A stretch of DNA of 64,000 bases from Spizellomyces punctatus DAOM BR117 (lineage: Eukaryota): NCBI GenBank assembly GCA_000182565.2, contig KQ257465.1; one strand, given 5' to 3'. How positions within the stretch are numbered: position 1 is the stretch's first letter; every line of letters starts with the position of its first letter. Below, one piece after another: positions 1 to 14,229 of the stretch. Under the pieces are notes generated by a model, which worked only from the letters and a program-made list of their open reading frames with translations, had not been told where the DNA came from and made no database searches. The position numbers were made by a program, and so were the translations under genes.

Positions 1-982
1 TTAGGGCTTTGAACATCAGAACACCAACGAACAAAAAAATCCCTGCTCTGCCGGCATATCCGACATGGCCCGTGACCAGTATCACCCATTTTTCGTACTT
101 GGTTTTGCATTTCTCCCAATTGATCTCATAGTGCCATTTTTTAGTTAATGCGTTCTGGAGCTGAATCGCACAAGCGATCGAGAAAGCTATTCCCATGAGG
201 ACCAACGCTGTTCGGCCAAGGGCACTGTCCCTCCAACAGTTTGGGTAACAACTTGGAGCAGAGTCACGATATCGCTGCAGAAGAACTTGCAGTAGGTACC
301 CGGAATATCCTACATACACGCATCCTGACACAAACGGGGCCAGCCGAAAAGAAAAGAAGTTTTTAAACTTGGAGTAGTTCGCATCGCGGCCTTGGTACGT
401 TGCGCATTCCCAGAAGCGCCAGATCGAGTAGCACCAGAGTGCTAATGGAAAAGATGAGATATGAGAGCTCTCAATGAGCAATGTGCGAAAGGTGAAGTGC
501 TGAGGCATCCAACCGTACTTACCTATGAGGAGGATGAACAAGAAACTAGATCCGGCTGGGAAGGTACCAATGAGAATGAATGCACCCTAATAGGTGAACC
601 AACTTGAGCCCATTATTTATCCTGTCAATTTGGCCTCTTATGCACGTACCTTTGGGCTTTCCCCATAGTCCTCATCGTTATGCAGCCTACTTGCACTTGC
701 ACATGTCATTCCACCAATGAACCCGTAAACAATGCCTTTGGCGGCAAAACCGAGCGTGCCCACAAAAGTCTCGAGCCGTATCCATCGCGGACTGACTCCA
801 TGTGGATGCCGTAGACGGTAAACGCAATAGCAACGAAGAGGACACCAGCGATAGATGCTGCAACGACTTCGGTCTTTGTCTGAAGGCGACGTTGACGGTT
901 CAACATCGATCGTTATACTGGAGGAAGATGAGGTGGGGACAGGTGTGGGTTCTGGGGTTGCTGGATAACTCTCTTTGCTCAT
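1..982 (-). CDS. DUF1206-like multi-pass membrane protein, 3' end runs off the window start; at least 2 introns
   Basis: Spliced reading gives GTLGFAAKGIVYGFIG...ESPK|GAFILIGTFPAG..LLI|ALWCYSIWRFWE...GHVGYAGRAGIFLFVG, the repeated G-x-x-G-[FY]-A-x-[KR]-G/A motif with hydrophobic helices typical of DUF1206. GT..AG introns at ~587-649 and ~443-522. Confidence 0.6.
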
Positions 983-1589
983 TTTTTTTGGCTATTATGG
1001 TGGCGGTTTATCTACAAAATAAAGTTTTAGCGTCGAGGAAAGGTTTGACAAACTATCAAAATACTAAGTGTGAAGAAACGCAGACGCTGACATCACAGGA
1101 ACCGGCTATGTGAGTACGTAAGCAATTCCAACCTTTATGGGGAATTTTGGATTAACCTTACATGAGGGTTAACTTTTACACTATGCCCATCCGCCGGGCT
1201 TTCGAGGTCCTTCCTACGTATATGATTTGCGGTGCTGAGCAGTATGAGAAATCTTAGGGGAGGAGATTTCCAATCCTCAAAGGGAGGGGGAACGTTACTT
1301 GATGACATGACAGCTCGCACGAAGAGAATAATAGAGAATAATAACGAACCAATCTACTTGCAAACAAAGCAGCATACGGCAATGGTCGCTTTATCGATTG
1401 CAGTGCAACGCTTTGAGCTCGTTCAGGTCTGCTTTCAAGTAGTGTCATGGCAAGTGATGGATTGTCCAACTATGCCTCAATTGCTTAGTCGCACTCTTTC
1501 CGGTTGTAATGCGATTTTGATTTTTGTTGGCGGGTCCAAGAAAACCAACCATCTAGCTCCGACCCTTGTTCTGCCAACAACCTTTGACC

Positions 1590-3345
1590 ATGATCTCGTC
1601 ATTAGTCTGGGTGCGAAAAGGTGCTGCACAGCAAATTCCGGACCGGTACCGTCTTACAGACGAAGAGTTCTCAAGTCTAGCGGACAGGATCGGCGCCCAA
1701 TTGGAAGATGCACGTGAAGGATTGGAGGACGCCAAAAATGTGGATGTGACTATGGACGACGATATTCCAGATCAGCAGAAAGTTCAGACCGCTGGAAATG
1801 AAATGGATGAGGAATTGGCAGAATATAACCTAGACACATACGACGATGATTCGGAACCTGAAGAAGAAAATTCGACAGCCATACCTCTCTTCAGTAAAAT
1901 TCAAGGGTTAACGTACCACGGCAGCAATGACGAGGACCCATATGTCACAGTGAAAGATCAAGAAGATGAGAATGAAGAACTTCGTGAGATGGAGATCATG
2001 CCCGGCGATAACCTGCTTCTTGCTGCCAAAACCGAAGACGATATCTCGCATCTCGAAGTTTACCTGTACGAAGAGGAGGAAGACAATTTGTTCGTTCATC
2101 ACGATATTATGCTTCCCAGCTTTCCTCTTTGCCTGGAATGGATGGATTTCAGGGTTGGGAAGAAGAAAGATTTGTCCACACCTGGAAACTATGTTGCCAT
2201 TGGAACATTCGATCCTGAGGTAGAGATTTGGGATTTGGACATGGTCGACGCTGTGTACCCCGAATGTATCCTAGGCGGAACGTCGCAACCGGGCCTTGAT
2301 GCGGGGGAAGGTGGAAAGAAGAAGAAGAAGAAGTTTGGTCCTGCCCGTGTGGCCAAAAAGGCCAATGCAGAGCGACATGTTGATGCTGTTATGAGCATCT
2401 CCTGGAACTCTTCGCATCGGAATCTCATTGCGACAGGCTCAGCGGATACTACAGTCAAGCTATGGGACCTTTCAGCTCCCGAGAAGGCTGTTAGAAGCTT
2501 CACGCAGCACAAAGACAAGGTCCAAGGTGTTGCTTGGAATAAGGGCGAGCCCACAGTATTGCTGACGGGTGGCTACGACAAACGGTGCTGTGCCTTCGAT
2601 TCGCGTGCACCAACAGCCGTGACGGAGTGGAAGTTGAAAGCTGATGTTGAATGTATCAAGTGGGATCCTTTCCATCCTGAGAGATTCTTTGTAAGTCTGG
2701 GGCTGGAAGAATTATGATGGTTGTAGAATTCTAATGCTCTCACGTTCTTGCAGGTAAGTACGGAGGATGGACTGGTAAAATGCTTTGACGCCCGCCAAAG
2801 CGGCACCGCGCCGCTTTTCACGCTCCACGCCCACGATGCTGCTGTGTCTTCATTCGACGTTAGCCCAGTCATAGAGGGACTTCTGGTCACAGGCTCTACC
2901 GACAAAATGGTGAAAGTTTGGAACGTCAAAGATGCCAAGCCAAGCTGCCTGGTGTCGAGAGACTTGGATCTGGTACGTTTCCCATAGTTTCCCCAGTCAA
3001 TGCTTATTGACGCTGATCCAATAATGGTTTTTACTATTGTAGGGCAAAATCTTTGCAGCCACCTTCTCCCCAGACTCTCCATATTGTGTCGCGGCGGCAG
3101 GAAGCAAAGGAAAAGTTTTGGTGTGGAATCTGGAAAATAACGCTGGTGTAAGACGAGCATTCGGTCCCACTCAGTTCAACGAAACCGCTGTCCAAGCAAA
3201 TACGCCACGGAAAGAGATTACGGGAGTTGAGTCGGATCACGAGGGCGATGAGGACGAAGATGAGGAAGCCGTGGACGGGATGGCTATGGATGTGGACCAG
3301 GATCAGGACGAGGACGATGAAGATGAAGACGAAGATCATGTATGA
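1590..3345 (+). CDS. PWP1: Periodic tryptophan protein 1 (WD40 ribosome-biogenesis factor), 2 introns
   Basis: MISSLVWVRKGAA N-terminus, acidic region, HHDIMLPSFPLCLEW, GTFDPEVEIWDLD, SADTTVKLWDL WD repeats; ORFs 1566-2717, 2748-2987 and 3118-3345 joined by GT-AG introns. Confidence 0.93.
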
Positions 3346-3525
3346 TAAGAGGTCTGTGATGATGGGGCGGCTATGGTAGAATGCATCGCTGAGTTCCTTG
3401 TAGATAGTCATAAGTACGATCATTGTTCGCATATACACAACCCAAGTATAATAGCATATTTACTATAAACAGAGTAAAATCAATAGCAGCTAGCCTAGTC
3501 TCATATAATACGGGAAGGATTCCCT

Positions 3526-5167
3526 CTACGACTTCGAGAGAAAGCCTCCCGCCCTCTGTGCAAATGCTTTATTTCTCCGTATCATGTCGGCAGCGCTGGC
3601 GCTTTCTCCGGAGAATGTCTGCCTGTGGAGATCTCTGAGAAAGCTCTCGCCCTGCGCTCCTCCAGCTCTTTCCAACCTCTTCATTCTTGCGTCCATGTCA
3701 CGCGCATGCTCTTCTGCATCCTGTCTACGCTCTTCCTCAACGCGCTTAGTCCGCGCCGCGTCCCATTCCTGAGCATTATTCATCATCTCAGCTAACCGGC
3801 GTTCACGTTCGCTCTCTAAGGCCTTCTTCCGAGCCTCATACTCTGCATGAGCGGTACTTAGCACGGTATTCGTTTTGGACAGGCTTTCGGCAGATGGCGT
3901 TGGAGGTGATTGACGGGTATCATGCTGTTTGCCATCGGTAACAGGTGGACGTGGAGAAGGTGAAGAGCGCCGTCTTCGCGGCGACATATGGTTTGGTCGG
4001 CTGGACTCAGGAGGTGATCGAAACGATCTGCCGTCCCGTGGTTGGGAGCGTCTTCCACCACGTTCTCCCACAGGGGATGGTGATCGGAATGGTGACTTCC
4101 TTCTCGGCCGTTCTCTTGGCAATGATGGAGAACGGCGGGAGGGCCTTTCGATCGATCCGGAAGGAGATCGCCTCCACATTCTACTTCTTACTGGCGATGG
4201 AGAAGGTCGTGATGTTCTCTCTATGGATGCAGAGGGAGATGCCCTTCTGAATGTCCCTCTCCTCGCAGGTGAGGGGGAACGTCGCGAAAACCACCCGCCG
4301 GAAACCGAAGGAGAACGTCTTCTATATCGATTACGTTCTACGGACGAAGATCGTCTTGTCGAGCGCCCAAATGACCGAGAGCGGGATCGTCGGTTATGAT
4401 GACCATTGCTTCGGCCGTTCTCTCGGCCGTGCACAGCAATGTCAACTTTCGTGCTTTTAGCAGCCCTACGCAGTTCAGTGTTTTGACTGGAATCACTATC
4501 GCTGTCTTCGTCCCTCACGCGCTTCTTTTTCTCTCTCTTGTGTTTTTTTTCTTTCTTGTCCTTCTTGCTTCCTCTGTCCTTTTTTCCAGACTTGGCCTCT
4601 TTTAGTTTTTTCAATTCAACGGGGTTGTTGAGGACAGCTTGCAACGACGCATGCTCGCGCTTTTTGATCGCTAGTAAGGGGTCCTCACGAATTTTTGCCT
4701 GCGTGTCACGCACGGTGTTTGCGGTAACCCCGTACACATTCGCTCGGTCGAATGAAGCGCTAGATTCGATCTCTTGAATAGTTTTCCCCTGCTCAACCAA
4801 CTTGTCGACCCGCTTTTTACCGAGCAAGTATGCTTCTCGATCCTCATCGACTGCCTTGTTTCCACCTCCGGCTGAAGAATACATCCAGTCAAGTCTCTCC
4901 GTGCGTTTCTTGACTTTCCCGGCGGCCTCCGATAGCGCTTGGAGCTCCATCATTTGCCGTTCTTCGTTTTTCTCTTTCAGAAGTTGATCCATCTTCTTGC
5001 GCTCCTCCTCCGCTTCCCGTTCCTTTTTCCATACCTTCTCCTGGTTCCGAAGGGTTGCGGGATGCCATGATTTCTTCAAATTCTGGAAACAAAAAAAGGA
5101 AACGGATGAGCGACAGCTAGACTGTAAGGAAGCACCCGTCCTTACGCACCAAGTCTCCTCCTCCCAT
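3526..5167 (-). CDS. CWC25: Pre-mRNA splicing factor CWC25 with RS/RSP-rich C-terminal half
   Basis: Exon 1 MGGGDL, intron, then NLKKSWHPATLRNQEKVW...ERLDWMY...EAYLLGK...KIREDPLLAIK, the CWC25 signature. Confidence 0.92.
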
Positions 5168-5495
5168 CTTGGCAAGTTACTGATTGTCACCAACCAGAGG
5201 CTGATGATTCAAGGGCAGGGACTCAAGGATCAGGTAGACGGGATGGTGTGGGACTATACCTTTGAGCACGCGCAGTCTTGTTGAACTTTCACTGCTGCTA
5301 AACCTTTCTGGTCACGTGCATTTGCATCCAGTTCATAGTGTGGAGGCGATTGAAAATGGCACTAGGACCCATTATTATCCGGATTAATCCGGTTAATCAT
5401 ATCGCATAATCAGAACCCCCCTCTATCGCTCAGATTGGTGTGGCATGTATTGTAATGTTTTTTTTTTTTTCTGCGGTGAGGCGCATGCCAAAGGT

Positions 5496-5504
5496 CTATA
5501 AAAG
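5496..5504 (+). promoter_or_regulatory. Candidate TATA box (CTATAAAAG) followed by a pyrimidine-rich tract
   Basis: ctataaaaggggggccttttccctctttcctc lies ~100 nt upstream of an ATG at 5604 and a canonical-looking intron at 5734-5801. Confidence 0.35.
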
Positions 5505-6464
5505 GGGGGCCTTTTCCCTCTTTCCTCTTTACCCATCCTCGACTCGAAGCATCTGCGCAACGCTCATTGCGACCCACACAACCTCATCGTGACTCGGTCA
5601 ACCATGAGAATGCAGATGTGGTGGTGCCGAGGACCTCGCCCTCCCGACAGCAACAACGGACAGAACCAGCAGCAACCAGTTGGATCTGTTGACAAACTTA
5701 CTATTATGTTGCCACATTTGTTGAGCTTGGTTGGTATGTACCGATGGCTTTTCTTGCATTTCTTGTCATCGGGTCACCTCGCTGACATGCAGTTTTTTTA
5801 GTCTCCAAGCCTTTGTCACTGAAAATCCACCAGCTTGTGACGCTGCCCAGTCGATTCGCTCCTGGATGCAAGAGTCTGGCTTCAATGCCATCAAGAGTTC
5901 TGGATCAAGGCCTAGTAGGGACCGTGTGTGGTGGTGGGCAATTATCCGGTTAGAACCAACCGTTACAGTATTGCGTGTATAATTGTCTAGTAGTAGCTTA
6001 GCTTTTCCGAACCGGTTGTCGCCGGTTTATTCCCTGGTGTAGTAGCTAGTGCCAGTTTCTGTCACCCCTACACTAAACTTGCCTCTCAATGGAACTTTGC
6101 CCGCATTGTTATTGAAGGCCACATCTGTACACATGTAAATATGAGGTTGAATAATACGATCTGGCGTAAGTTCAGGGCGGCGAGGAGGAAAACATGCATC
6201 GATTCTGTCCAGTGTGCTTGCCAATTGAACAAGTCGTAGTCGAGTGAGCATACTCACAGGCGTTACCAATGATTTACCAATAAGAGTTTCCTCCGAGAGC
6301 TATCTGCAGGTTAAAAAACCGATAACTTCTGCCGTCTATCTCTTGGAAAGCTGGTGCTCTTTTCCGTCCAATTTACAAACAGATGTGGAATTGAGTCATG
6401 ATGACTAAGCCAGGCCACCATGCTGTCAGCTCTCAACAGTCACCCGCTCGAGTTTTACGCCAAC

Positions 6465-7552
6465 ATGGGCAACTTACTGGGAAAGGACAAATCAAAAGGG
6501 CCAAAGATAACTTCAAAGGACAAGGCCATTTTGGACCTGAAAATACAACGAGACAAACTACGACAATATCAAAAAAAGGTGGACGTTGGATACCATCGCG
6601 CCTTTCTCGAAATGTGTCAAATGGCAACTTTGAGTGAACGTTTCTCGCTCTGGCATCGTAGATTCAGGTCATTCTCTCCCGGGAAGTGGAAGTTGCGAAG
6701 CATCATCTTCGTTCTGGAGATCAAGGGCGAGCTTTATTGGCCCTCAAAAAGAAGAAGTACCAGGAGCACCTGCTGGCAGAAACCGATCAGCAGCTTCTCA
6801 ACCTAGAACAATTGGTACTGATTTCTCAATACTCTACTCAAAGCCGTCAGCCACTCATCTAATTTTCATTGTACAGACGAGCCAGATTGAGTTTGCGCTG
6901 GTTGAACAAGATGTCGTCAAGGGACTCCAGCAAGGAAATGAAATTCTTAAACAAATACATCAAGAAATGTCATTGGATGCTGTTCAGAAGCTAATGGACG
7001 ATACAGCTGATGCGATTGCCTATCAAGCGGTAATCTGCAATTTGAAATCTTTACCCCCAGTGGTAGGCTGACCTTTCGCCCACTTGCAATAGGAAATTGA
7101 TGAGTTGATTAGTGGAAAAATATCTCCCGAGGATGAGGAGGAAATCATGGCACAGCTGGATGCATTAGAGGCAGAAGAGGTACTTCCGCCTTATTTTTTG
7201 CTTACTGTATCCGCTTGATCGTTTGGTTCATTGCCTCCATGGCATGCATTCAATTGCAGATAGCAGCAAGGTTGCCCGATGTCCCAGCGGCGAAAGGCAA
7301 GGGATCAGAAGCCACACAATCCGTTTCGGCTAATAAACTGCCCATTGATTTGAATGACCTCCCCCCAGTCCCTACAAAGGAGTTACCCAGGTTGGAAGAG
7401 CCAGACGAAGGTACGTCTCGACATTTCTGATAAATCTGGTGATAGAATGAGGTAGTTATTATTGACATTTTATAGCGGCGGAACATGCGAAGATATCCAA
7501 AATTGCTAAGGCGCGAGCTGAACCGAAATTGGAAGAGCCATTAATGGCATAG
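6465..7552 (+). CDS. VPS20: ESCRT-III subunit Vps20/CHMP6 (Snf7 family), multi-exon
   Basis: MGNLLG myristoylation-type start, ITSKDKAILDLKIQRDKLRQYQKK, IEFALVEQDVVKGLQQGNEILKQIHQEMSLDAVQKLMDDTADAIAYQ. Confidence 0.92.
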
Positions 7553-7651
7553 CGAGATCAAATCTCAATCTGTATTACACAACAAAAAAAAACCCCCCAC
7601 GGCCACAGGCGAGCTGGTCTCGCGATTGATCGACAAAAGCCAACCAGCGCT

Positions 7652-8296
7652 TCATTTAGACCATAAATCATGTCCAATAGGCATTTCTTTTACTCGCTCG
7701 ATCACTTCCAGAACGGTGCCAACTATGTCCTTTTGAATCTCCTCTACGGGTCTATCGGCATCTATCACTCTCCAAGTCGGGTCTTGTTCTTTCAGTTGCT
7801 TAAAACAACCGCGGACTTTTTCCTGGAACTCGATCTTCTCATACCTCTCCCCACCGAATCCACCCCTTGTTGCAGCAACTTCAATAGGTATCTCCATATA
7901 AATAACCAGGTCCGGCGTCAACAGGCCTTTATCTGGTCCCTTGCACCAGTTGAGATCTAGACCTTTGGCTGCAGTATAAGCGACACCCGAGTACGCGTAT
8001 CTGTCGACAATAACTGTTGTGCCATTCAACAGAGCGTCTTCCAGCTCTTTCACAGCCTCCCATCGATTTGCGGAGAACAGTAAGTGTATCGCTTCGTCGC
8101 TTAATTCGGGTTCGCTAGTAGAACTCAGGTACGATGAAATAAGGGCGCCTGTGGTTGAGGTTCGGTCTGGAAAGCGGCGGAGGATGGACGGAATTTGGTG
8201 GGAAGAGAGGTTTTGCGTGAGGAGTGCAGTTTGAGTTGATTTTCCTGAACGGTCGACACCTTCAAAGACAATTAAAGCGCCGCGCCGACGCGGCAT
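7652..8296 (-). CDS. CDC8: Thymidylate kinase (dTMP kinase), intronless; alternative start at 8308
   Basis: RGALIVFEGVDRSGKSTQ P-loop, RFPDRTS, HLLFSANRWE, VDRYAYSGVAY, GGERYEKIEFQ. Confidence 0.95.
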   Translation of the reverse strand: MPRRRGALIVFEGVDRSGKSTQTALLTQNLSSHQIPSILRRFPDRTSTTGALISSYLSSTSEPELSDEAIHLLFSANRWEAVKELEDALLNGTTVIVDRYAYSGVAYTAAKGLDLNWCKGPDKGLLTPDLVIYMEIPIEVAATRGGFGGERYEKIEFQEKVRGCFKQLKEQDPTWRVIDADRPVEEIQKDIVGTVLEVIERVKEMPIGHDLWSK

Positions 8297-8617
8297 ATTT
8301 GCCAGCATGCTGAATGGGTGTTGGTAAGTAGAAAACAACGCGTCGTCCGTTGTGGTCCATGCCCGTCCGACTCTGACTCACGTCCGTCCTTCCCAATTCC
8401 TGCGAGTGCCAAATCTTTGCACGATATCGTGCTATTTGTATTGCCAGACTCTTCTTATTTTCAAATTGAATCTGCCTAGCTCGACTGTGGAAGGCTTGCT
8501 CCACCATTGCCTGCCAGCGCCGTGAGAGTACCGGTGTATTTCAAGTCAAAGCTCAATCACCTGGAAGGCTGCACCTTGCCTTTCGGCTGCTTGCGCACTT
8601 GCTCCGGCAAAAGCGTG

Positions 8618-10935
8618 ATGGAGGAGGACATTGACATGTTCGACTATGGTGGAACCTTGGGCGGCCTCCGTGACGGGGAACCAGACCTTGGCGGTAAGCA
8701 CACAGCGCGGATGCTGTTTCCCGGTCACCCTTTACGGTTCTATGACATTGGAAATATAGGCAAGGTCTTGCCGGAGCATGATCGATCGAACTCGTCGACA
8801 TCGTCGTTCTCGAGCACCATATCTGCAAATAATTCCATGCGCAGGCCAACCTCACTGAACCAGTTTGCGGAATGCCAGCCGGAGCTACAAATTACTTCTC
8901 CGAATCTTGTACAGTTACTGAAAGATGAGATGACAGCATACTATAGAGGTCAGGGTAGCCATAGAAATGATGTTGGAGTAAGTGGTGACGATAACGGTGT
9001 AGGAGCCTAGTAGATCGCACATAATCGCCCTAACCGGAGAGGATACGCATAATAGGTGATTCGGACCAACATACCGTTGCACCCCGCTGGGTATGTTGGC
9101 TACTTTGAGGTAGAGGTTTTGGATGCCGGGGAAAGAGGGTACAGATGCGGTGACTTGAGAAAGTCTGATAAGGATCATCCATACTAAATGAGGACCGCTG
9201 CGATACTCCCAGCTGCGTCTCTATTGGCCTCTCGCACAGTGAATCTTCGGCTAATAAGCATGCTGGATCGGATTCAAGGTATTCTACCAAATACTAGTAA
9301 TGGTTTTGAAACCTGGATGCTAGCATGCGGAACGTTGAAACGAAATTGTAGGTCTTGGAGCTGGCTTGGAGCTGAAGCCCGTCGACTTCACGACTCGCGG
9401 CGGTGGGCCTTGATGATGATGTACTCTTTTCAACCTAGCTTCTAACCCGCAATTAACGTCTTTGCTCAGAGACCCATACGCAGCGGGTGTGAAGATTAAA
9501 AGCAAAGATGTGATGGGATGCGGATACCACTTCGAAAAGGGTGTCATTTTCTTTACACTGAACGGACGATCACTAGGTGATTCAAATTCGCGCTGGAGTA
9601 TGTGAATTATTGTCTAATCAGCGCACATTCTGTAAGGTGTGGCGTTCCAGGATGCTAAAGGTGATCTCTTTCCTACAGTCGGCTTGCACAGCCCCGGAGA
9701 ATGTGTAAGACTTAATTTCGGGGGAAGGCCCTTTGATTTTGATATTTGCGCGTACATTGAGGTAGTCTACGGTGTTAAGACGATTTGACAAGCTGAGGGC
9801 TAAAGACACGTAAAGGAGGAAAAACGCTCTAACATGCAGCGAATCCGTGCGCTACCATTGTCGAATCAAGATACTGACTGGATAATACAGTCCTACCTTT
9901 TGCATTGTGGTTACGCAGAAACGTTCGAAACGCTTTGTGGATCCCAACCTCCTCCAGGTATAGTATCTCTCATGCTACCCTTCATTTCAGTAAGGGCGAA
10001 CCTTCTTATATGTTGCAGGGCAAGGCCAACTTCTCGAAATGCTGGAGATTCGGAAGGGTAAACACTATTTTACATCGCGTGGCAAGGGTCATTCTAATAT
10101 ACTTCATAATTAGCCATCCGACGCTTGATACTGACAGGAGATATCGCAGCAGCACAGGCATTGACGCACCTTCATTTTCCCTCAGTTCTGGATCCCGGTG
10201 GAGGTTCGCGCAATGTGCGACTCCGCTTGTTTTGTGAATGTCAACAATTTGTTGAGCTCGTGAGAAAAGGGGCGCAAGAGGATGAACTCATTAGTACGAT
10301 GCAGACTAATCTCGGAACATTTTATCGCGGCGACGTAGAAGGGTGCCACTTGGATGACGAATTGCATAAGATGTTACAGGTGCGGTGATAACACAAAGTA
10401 TGTGATCACCCTTGTATGTGAACGGCATAAACACCTGCATCAGGCAGTAGTTTCGTTAATCGCCTATGACAATCCTTCGGCTGCGCCGCAGCAAGAGCTA
10501 CTTGACGAGAGGCAACGGGAGGTGGTAGCAGACATGTTGAATGACGCAATCATTGGTATGATCGTTTTGCTTTATGTGGTTTTAATGGGGGTAGGGTTAG
10601 ATTTCATGACGGCTCAATTGCTGCTTGTGGTCTGACACCCTTTCTGCAAATCACTCTCCCTCTCTCTCTCTCGCTCTTGCCACATGGATCACATTTCCTT
10701 AGCCTCAATGAGTAACCCGCCACCCTCTCTTAACTTGGACCTCCTCCTGCGTCAGCTTGTTTTGGTCCGCAGTCGCTTGCGCGTTTTCCAAGATGGAGTC
10801 GATTCCCGGAGCATCGGAAAAGGTCATTACAGTCCTAGGAGAGGGACGGAAGGAGGCGAAGAACTTCGGCCCTCGTCTGCTTATTCGAGAGCAGGGCTAG
10901 AGTTGGCGGATATCACGGCGGAAGTTGTTGCGTAG
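8618..10935 (+). CDS. RanBPM/RanBP9-10 (Gid1/Vid30-like) SPRY-LisH-CTLH-CRA protein, many introns
   Basis: Spliced SPRY core DVMGCGYHFEKGVIFFTLNGRSLG|VAFQDAKGDLFPTVGLHSPGECVRLNFG; LisH IIQSYLLHCGYAETF; CTLH LILTGDIAAA...CQQFVELVR; CRA SLIAYDNP...QREVVADMLNDAI. Confidence 0.82.
10652..10676. repeat. Short CT microsatellite within an intron
   Basis: cactctccctctctctctctcgctct seen directly. Confidence 0.6.
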
Positions 10936-11177
10936 AAACAGGTCAACCGTATCACAATGACGGGTAGAAAGTGTATGATTCTTGTGGTTCTTTGCATGGA
11001 ATATCTTCCTTGCGATTAGCTTTACACGGCGGATTCTAATACGTGTGTTTTCTTTGTACATATTATCAAATAAAAGAGCATTACATGGCACGCTTTATTA
11101 TTGTACCGCACCTCGGAGACGTCCTTCACCTGGTGACGCTTGACTCTACAAACAGGCGCGAAACATTGTTGGACTAC

Positions 11178-12393
<1,216 letters not shown>

Positions 12394-12587
12394 TATCGAA
12401 GGTGGAAATCTATGGCAAACGCATGAAGATGGAAAGGCAGGCTCCAAGCGGACACTCATCTCTGTGGTTTGACATGGTTGGAATGCAACATCGCAAACTA
12501 CTGTACAGTACCATGGCACACTTGTAAAAATAAATTAAGTCTATTTCGCAGAATAAACACTGCTAGTCAGTTATCAATGTGCATGGA

Positions 12588-14229
12588 TCAACTCCAAGAC
12601 TCCTTGCCCACCCGTAGTCTATCTACGTTTCCTCCCAGAAAGTACGGCCTAAGCTTTTCGGGTATACGTAATTGGCCATCTTCTAGTTGATGCGTTTCCA
12701 GCAGAGCAATGATGAGACGGGGGACGGCACACGCTGTTCCATTAATTGTGTGCACAAAGTCAGTGGTGTTTGGGGATGGGGAAGAGACGAAGTGGCGAAT
12801 GTTGAGCCTGCGTGTTTGGTAGTCAGTGCAGTTGGAAGCACTGGAGATCTGCAAGAAGGATTGTTTTTCAGTTACAATACGAGTTATGGGTTGCAAAAAG
12901 GCCATTTGTACCTCTCCCCACGCCTTCCGCCCAGGCATCCATGCTTCCATGTCATATTTCTGATACGCAGGCGCTCCAAGATCATGAGTAGGCATGTTAA
13001 GAATCCTGAAGCAGAGCTCCAAATCTTCAAATATTTCCTTCTGGATGTCCACCATCTCTTTCAGAGCATTATCACTTTCACCTTTTGCTGTAATACTAAA
13101 CATTTCAACCTTTGTAAACTGATGTACCCGGTACAAGCCTCTATTTGTGGCACCAGCCTGTCCTTCAGCCCGAAAGGATTTGCCTAAGGCTACCATTTTA
13201 ATCGGCAGCTTCTCAGACAAAACGATTTCGTTGGCGTACATGGCTGCTAATGGAAACTCGGCCGTCGCAGACAAACACAGTTGCATTGGATCGCGTCGTG
13301 CGTTGAAAGGCAGACGGGCCTCGCTTGCTGCATGGGGTTCAATATAGTAAGTTTGGGGGTCTTCTGTTCTTGGATTAAAACCGCATGCTTCAAGGACCTC
13401 ATGTCGGATAAGATCTGGTGTTGTCACCGGTACGAACCCGCGGGCTATACATCTGTCGATAGCGTACCGGGTCAAAGCCATTTCCAGGAGCGCACCGGCA
13501 TTACGAAGGTAATAGAAACTTGATCCTGTAGCTTTCCCAGCGCGTTCGAAATCCACCATGTCATGTAACGACGCCAGCTCCATATGGTCCCGCAAGGGAG
13601 CACCTGAGTCAAACACAGCCGCTCGAGGACTACCGACTGTGTCAACCAGCCCCGCTTTCGATTCATCGCCTATAGGTACCGATGGATGCGTGTCGTTCGG
13701 TATATGCCGCGCTTCTTCGTACAGAGCTGCTTGCATATTTGCCACCTGCTCTTCTTTCTCAGCAACCAACTTCTTTAAAGTCTTCCCCTCCTCCGCCAGC
13801 TGATTCTTGCGATTCAACGCCTCAACCACGTCATCTTTCCGTTGCTTTTTTAAGATACCCACGATTGCGGCCATCTCCGTTGCAATCTTGTTCCTTCGCC
13901 TTCTCAACTCTGCCAATTCAAAGTCTGCCGTAACGAACTTATCGTAAAGAGACACTACCCGCGATACATCCAAGTCCAAGACGTTTCGGTTTATGGCATT
14001 TTGTTGTATGTAGGCAGCGTTCTCACGGATATAGCGATAATTGAGATGCGGATTGAACTGGCGAGCAGACACCTGAGGTCCTGGGACATCGGTCGAATTT
14101 CGGCTGGCAGGCCGGACACCAGTAGAGAATGGGCGCGCTATAAGACAGAAGGTATAAGTTAGTACCGAAGATGAAGAGAACATGGGAGTATATACCTCTC
14201 CATAATATCACCCGTCGGAGTGCGAACAT
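12588..14229 (-). CDS. DIA4: Seryl-tRNA synthetase, probably mitochondrial (Arg-rich presequence-like exon 1 MFALRRVILWR)
   Basis: N-terminal coiled-coil arm, LSATAEFPL, FRAE...GLYRVHQFTKVEMF (motif 2), SSASNCTDYQTRRLNIR, HTINGTACAVPR (motif 3); introns at ~14138-14195 (TACTAAC branch) and ~12850-12911. Confidence 0.9.

Noticed and set aside
3929-4460. Repetitive G/D/E/R-rich plus-strand ORFs, possible tandem array or CRISPR-like repeat
   Set aside because: Antisense of the CWC25 RRSPS repeats; degenerate at nucleotide level with no repeat-spacer structure.
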